A stretch of 64,000 nt of DNA from an uncultured bacterium (lineage in GTDB: Bacteria; Verrucomicrobiota; Verrucomicrobiia; Limisphaerales; UBA8199). Below, one piece after another: positions 60,762 through 64,000 of the stretch (the first letter of the stretch is position 1; each line of letters opens with the position of its first letter). The DNA is taken from assembly GCA_963749495.1 (NCBI GenBank), contig CAVVMW010000022.1, forward strand, positions 352,001 to 416,000. Reading direction: 5' to 3'. The position numbers and the translations under genes are program-made. The notes under the pieces were generated by a model. That model was not told the DNA's origin. It saw only the letters and a program-made list of their open reading frames with translations, and ran no database searches.

Positions 60762-62180
60762 ATGGCAAGGCGACACTCAGGACTGCTTTCTCTATTTCTG
60801 GCGGCGGCTGCGGCGGGCTGCTGGACGGGGGCGCGAGCGGCCACGCCACTCCAGATTACAGAGTTCGGCGGCACGGCCGACGGCCTGATGCTCGGCTGGC
60901 AGGAGCCCGCCCCAGGCGTTGCCTACACCGTGCAATTCCAGGACACGCTCCAGGACGGGATCTGGCGCATCCCGGCAGCGTTCGGCCCGTTCCCATTGGA
61001 CTCGACCCGGTGGCTCGATGCCTGGAGCACTAACACGAGCCGGTTTTACCGCGTTCTCGCCGTGCCGGCCGCCCAGCGCGGGGAGGTGATCTCCGCCACG
61101 TTCAACAGCCGGCTCACAGCCTCGTCCCTGTCACTCCTTTTCGCCTTGGGCGGCATTCCCATCACGCCGCAATACGACGTAGCCCTTTACAAGGTCGTCT
61201 ATGAGACCATTACGCCCCTGGGGGCGCGCACGGTCGCCTCGGGCGCGTTGGTCCTGCCCGAGAACGCGCCGGGTCCCCTGCCGCTGGTCAGCTACCAGCA
61301 CGGCACACTCACGCAGACCAACTCGGCCCCGTCCTCGATGGACCTCACGGGCGAGGTCACGATCGGCGTCGCCTTCGCCAGCACCGGTTACGCCGCCGCG
61401 GTGCCTGACTACCTGGGCCTGGGCGACTCACCCGGCTTGCACCCGTATCACCACGCCCGCTCCGAGGCCACCGCGTGCGTCGATATGCTCCGGGCCGCCA
61501 GGACCGTCTGCGCCACGAACGGGATTACCCTCAAAGACCGCCTGTTTCTGTGCGGCTACTCCGAAGGCGGCCACGCGACCATGGCGCTGCTCCGCGAATT
61601 GGAGACCTTTCACGCCGGCGAATTCACCGTGACCGCCTGCGCGCCCATGGCCGGCGCCTACGACCTCTCGGGCGTCACCACCGACGATTTCCTCACCAAC
61701 CGCTTCGCCCCCAATCCTTACTATTTCCTTTACCTGCTGGCGGCCTACCAGGAGGTCTATCAATTGGCCCCGAGCCTCGCCGACCTGCTGGCGGCGCCTT
61801 ACGACACGACCTTGCCGCCGGCGCTCGGGGGCAATTACAGCGGCGGCCAGATCAACGCCCTGATGCCCACCAACAACATCGTTCAGATCCTCAGGCCTGA
61901 CTACCTGGCTGGCTTTCGCGCCAACCCGCGTCATCCCCTGCGCCTGGCCCTCCAGGACAATGACCTCTATCGCTGGACGCCACGCGCCCCGATGCAGCTC
62001 TACCAATGCTCGGGCGACCAGGATGTGGACCCCGCCAACGCGCAGATCGCCCTGGCGTCGTTCCACGCGCTGGGCGCAACCCAGGTCTCGCTCATCGATC
62101 CTGAGGCTGGCGCCAACCACACCGGGTGCGCACTGCCCAGCCTGGAGGGTGCCAAGCTCTGGTTTGACTCGCTGCGGTAG
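60762..62180 (+). CDS. Secreted alpha/beta hydrolase (secretory lipase-like) with an N-terminal 'FYR' module
   Basis: SYQHGT, PDYLGLG, GYSEGG nucleophile elbow and GAYDL. Confidence 0.85.
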   Translation: MARRHSGLLSLFLAAAAAGCWTGARAATPLQITEFGGTADGLMLGWQEPAPGVAYTVQFQDTLQDGIWRIPAAFGPFPLDSTRWLDAWSTNTSRFYRVLAVPAAQRGEVISATFNSRLTASSLSLLFALGGIPITPQYDVALYKVVYETITPLGARTVASGALVLPENAPGPLPLVSYQHGTLTQTNSAPSSMDLTGEVTIGVAFASTGYAAAVPDYLGLGDSPGLHPYHHARSEATACVDMLRAARTVCATNGITLKDRLFLCGYSEGGHATMALLRELETFHAGEFTVTACAPMAGAYDLSGVTTDDFLTNRFAPNPYYFLYLLAAYQEVYQLAPSLADLLAAPYDTTLPPALGGNYSGGQINALMPTNNIVQILRPDYLAGFRANPRHPLRLALQDNDLYRWTPRAPMQLYQCSGDQDVDPANAQIALASFHALGATQVSLIDPEAGANHTGCALPSLEGAKLWFDSLR

Positions 62181-62204
62181 CGCAGCGCAAGGAAGGAGCA
62201 CGGG

Positions 62205-62504
62205 ATGCAACTCCAGCACTCTCAGGGTGAATTCGATTTCGACCGGGGCGGGACCGAGCAGGGTTATGTCCGCTGGCTTGGTGTGAGGAAAACAACGGCG
62301 TCAGACTTGGCCAGGCGCATGGGCCTGCCTCTGGGCCACCAGGTCGAAGTCTGGCTCTGCGGGGGCGTGCGCCTGCGCGGGACGCTGCGCCTGCAGGAGG
62401 AACTGCTCCTCATCGAAGAGGAACGCGTCCGGCACCTGGAGTTGGTGGTCGACAACGTGCCCTTCGCCTACCGCGAGATAGAATCTTGCGTGAGGATGGA
62501 CTAG
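62205..62504 (+). CDS. Hypothetical protein
   Basis: 99-aa ATG ORF with an AAGGAG RBS. Confidence 0.7.
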   Translation: MQLQHSQGEFDFDRGGTEQGYVRWLGVRKTTASDLARRMGLPLGHQVEVWLCGGVRLRGTLRLQEELLLIEEERVRHLELVVDNVPFAYREIESCVRMD

Positions 62505-62539
62505 CTGTGTTTTTGGGTTGCCTTGCCTTGGGGGATCGC

Positions 62540-62567
62540 GTAATACTTTATCCACCGGGCGTAATAC
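62540..62567. promoter_or_regulatory. NikR-like operator
   Basis: GTAATAC-N14-GTAATAC upstream of the Ni/Co ECF genes. Confidence 0.6.
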
Positions 62568-62633
62568 GCCTGGCGGGCAGGGCGCGGAGCGGCGCCCCGC
62601 CGGCCGGAACAGACAACCACAGACTCGACACGC

Positions 62634-63602
62634 GTGCATTTGCCGGACGGATTCCTGGACGCAAAGACGGCGCTGCTCTCGACCGGGGCGGCAGCCGCCG
62701 GGGTGGGCTTGGCCCTCCGCCAGGTGCGCGCGGCGCTGGAGCCCAGGCAGATGCCGATGCTGGGGCTGGCGGCCGCTTTCGTCTTTGCGGCGCAGATGCT
62801 CAATTTTCCCGTGGGCGGCGGCACCTCCGGGCACCTCCTGGGGGGCGTGCTGACGGCGGTGCTCCTGGGCCCGGCGGCGGCGGTGCTGGTGATGACGTGC
62901 GTCCTGGTCGTGCAATGCCTGATGTTCAACGACGGCGGCTTGCTGGCGCTGGGGGCAAACGTCTTCAACATGGCGATTGTCAACACCTGCGGCGGCTACC
63001 TGGTGTTCAGGCTGGTCAAGGGCCTGGCCCCGATGGAGGAGAACCGGGCGACGGTGTTTGGGGCGGGATTTGGGGGCTGGTGCGGCACGGTGCTGGCCTC
63101 GATGACCTGTGCCGGGCAGTTGGCCCTTTCGCACCAGTCTCCCTGGCCGGTGGCGTTTGCGGCGATGGTGCTGGTCCACATGGTTATCGGCGTAGGGGAG
63201 GGGCTGGCGACGGCCTTGATTGCCGCGGCGGTGTTGCGGGGGCGGCCGCAGTTGGTGGGTGGCGCGGGTGATAAACCGGGCGCGGGCCGCCTCGGTTTCC
63301 TGGCTTACGGCCTGCTCGTTTCGCTGGGCCTGGCCCTGTTCGTGGCGCCGTTCGCGTGCCCATGGCCGGATGGGCTCGAGGCGGTGGCGCGCCGCCTCGG
63401 TTTTGCAGGCCAGGCCGCGCAGCCGCTCCTCCGGGCGCCCGCAAGCGACTATCGTCTGCCTTGGGTTGGCTCGCCGTCGGTGGCCACAGCGATGGCGGGA
63501 GTCATCGGGACACTCCTGGCCTTCGTCGCAGCCTATTTGCTGGCGAGGCTCCTGGCCCCGGCCCTGCGCGCCCGCAAACAAGATGCGCCCTCCGGGAACT
63601 GA
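62634..63602 (+). CDS. cbiM: Ni/Co ECF transporter substrate component, NikMN/CbiMN fusion
   Basis: MHLPDGFL N-terminus, GGTSGHLLGG, DGGLLALGAN and a PDGLE domain. Confidence 0.9.
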   Translation: MHLPDGFLDAKTALLSTGAAAAGVGLALRQVRAALEPRQMPMLGLAAAFVFAAQMLNFPVGGGTSGHLLGGVLTAVLLGPAAAVLVMTCVLVVQCLMFNDGGLLALGANVFNMAIVNTCGGYLVFRLVKGLAPMEENRATVFGAGFGGWCGTVLASMTCAGQLALSHQSPWPVAFAAMVLVHMVIGVGEGLATALIAAAVLRGRPQLVGGAGDKPGAGRLGFLAYGLLVSLGLALFVAPFACPWPDGLEAVARRLGFAGQAAQPLLRAPASDYRLPWVGSPSVATAMAGVIGTLLAFVAAYLLARLLAPALRARKQDAPSGN

Positions 63603-63620
63603 ACCCGGAAGCGGCAGTGC

Positions 63621-63743
63621 AACCACGGATGAACACGGATGAACACAGATTTACAGTGGAAACGAAACCTGGGCCCTTCCCCAACAACCTGGGGCCATGG
63701 GACAATTTCTAAAATCCGTGTCTATCCGTGTCCATCAGTGGTT
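63621..63743. repeat. Inverted 9-mer arrays (CACGGATGA)n...(ATCCGTGTC)n
   Basis: Seen directly. Confidence 0.85.
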
Positions 63744-64000
63744 GAGAAACCTCCACGGCCCGACTCAGTCTGAGGCCCGCCGCCGCTCCCGCCTTGCCCG
63801 GGTTTCGCCGCGGCTCAAGCTGGGCGCCGCGCTGCTGCTCGTCACGGGCACGGCCCTGCTGCCCCGCAGGCCCGACGGGCTTTACCTGCTCCCCGCGGCG
63901 GCCCTGGCGGGCGTGTGGCTGGCGAGCCGGATGCCGATCCTTCACGCCCTGGGCCGCCTGCTCGTCGCCCAGTTCTTCATCCTCGGCATCGCCCTCATGT
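63742..64000 (+). CDS. cbiQ: ECF transporter T component (CbiQ/NikQ), partial; start uncertain
   Basis: My translation, SRLARVSPRLKLGAALLLV..., is open to the window end and follows cbiM. Confidence 0.7.
   Translation, partial: MRNLHGPTQSEARRRSRLARVSPRLKLGAALLLVTGTALLPRRPDGLYLLPAAALAGVWLASRMPILHALGRLLVAQFFILGIALM

Noticed and set aside
62505..62633. Cobalamin riboswitch upstream of cbiM
   Set aside because: The region is short and lacks recognisable B12-box motifs.

Overview
High-GC bacterial chromosomal window. It is probably from a Verrucomicrobiota genome (inferred from the prepilin H-X9-DG protein, LamG/RHS giant protein, 'FYR'-tailed secreted proteins and dense REP and heptamer repeats). 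It has three zones. (1) 1-4.2 kb: the end of addB, a Cys-rich ORF and a twice-deleted GH2 gene. (2) 4.2-29.8 kb: a highly rearranged accessory region. A 10.6-kb island holds a PLD-SNF2 helicase, an Eco57I-like MTase and a toxin/DUF2283 pair in one operon, plus an IS1-like element with passenger genes. Next comes a ~12.5-kb mosaic of gene fragments: RHS pieces, an RHS toxin/immunity module, a captured TrmH/mug block and a duplicated MFS gene. Almost every junction in this mosaic is marked by a GGGGTC-type terminus (three identical 113-bp MITEs, plus a fixed end attached to a Y1/HUH transposase remnant and amplified as a ladder of truncated copies). (3) 30-64 kb: ordinary metabolic and housekeeping genes (GH27, nucleoside-type ABC transporter, GH116, RlmD-like MTase, NHL protein, SDR, IS4, serine hydrolase, OPT, LarA-like, aspS, lipase, Ni/Co ECF transporter with a NikR-like operator), separated by many REP and short tandem-repeat families. 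The best candidate for an undescribed system is the GGGGTC-end fragment-capture/shuffling array. Several single-base frameshifts, some in compensating pairs, suggest sequencing indels, so pseudogene calls based only on a frameshift are provisional. All family assignments come from motif recognition, not database searches.
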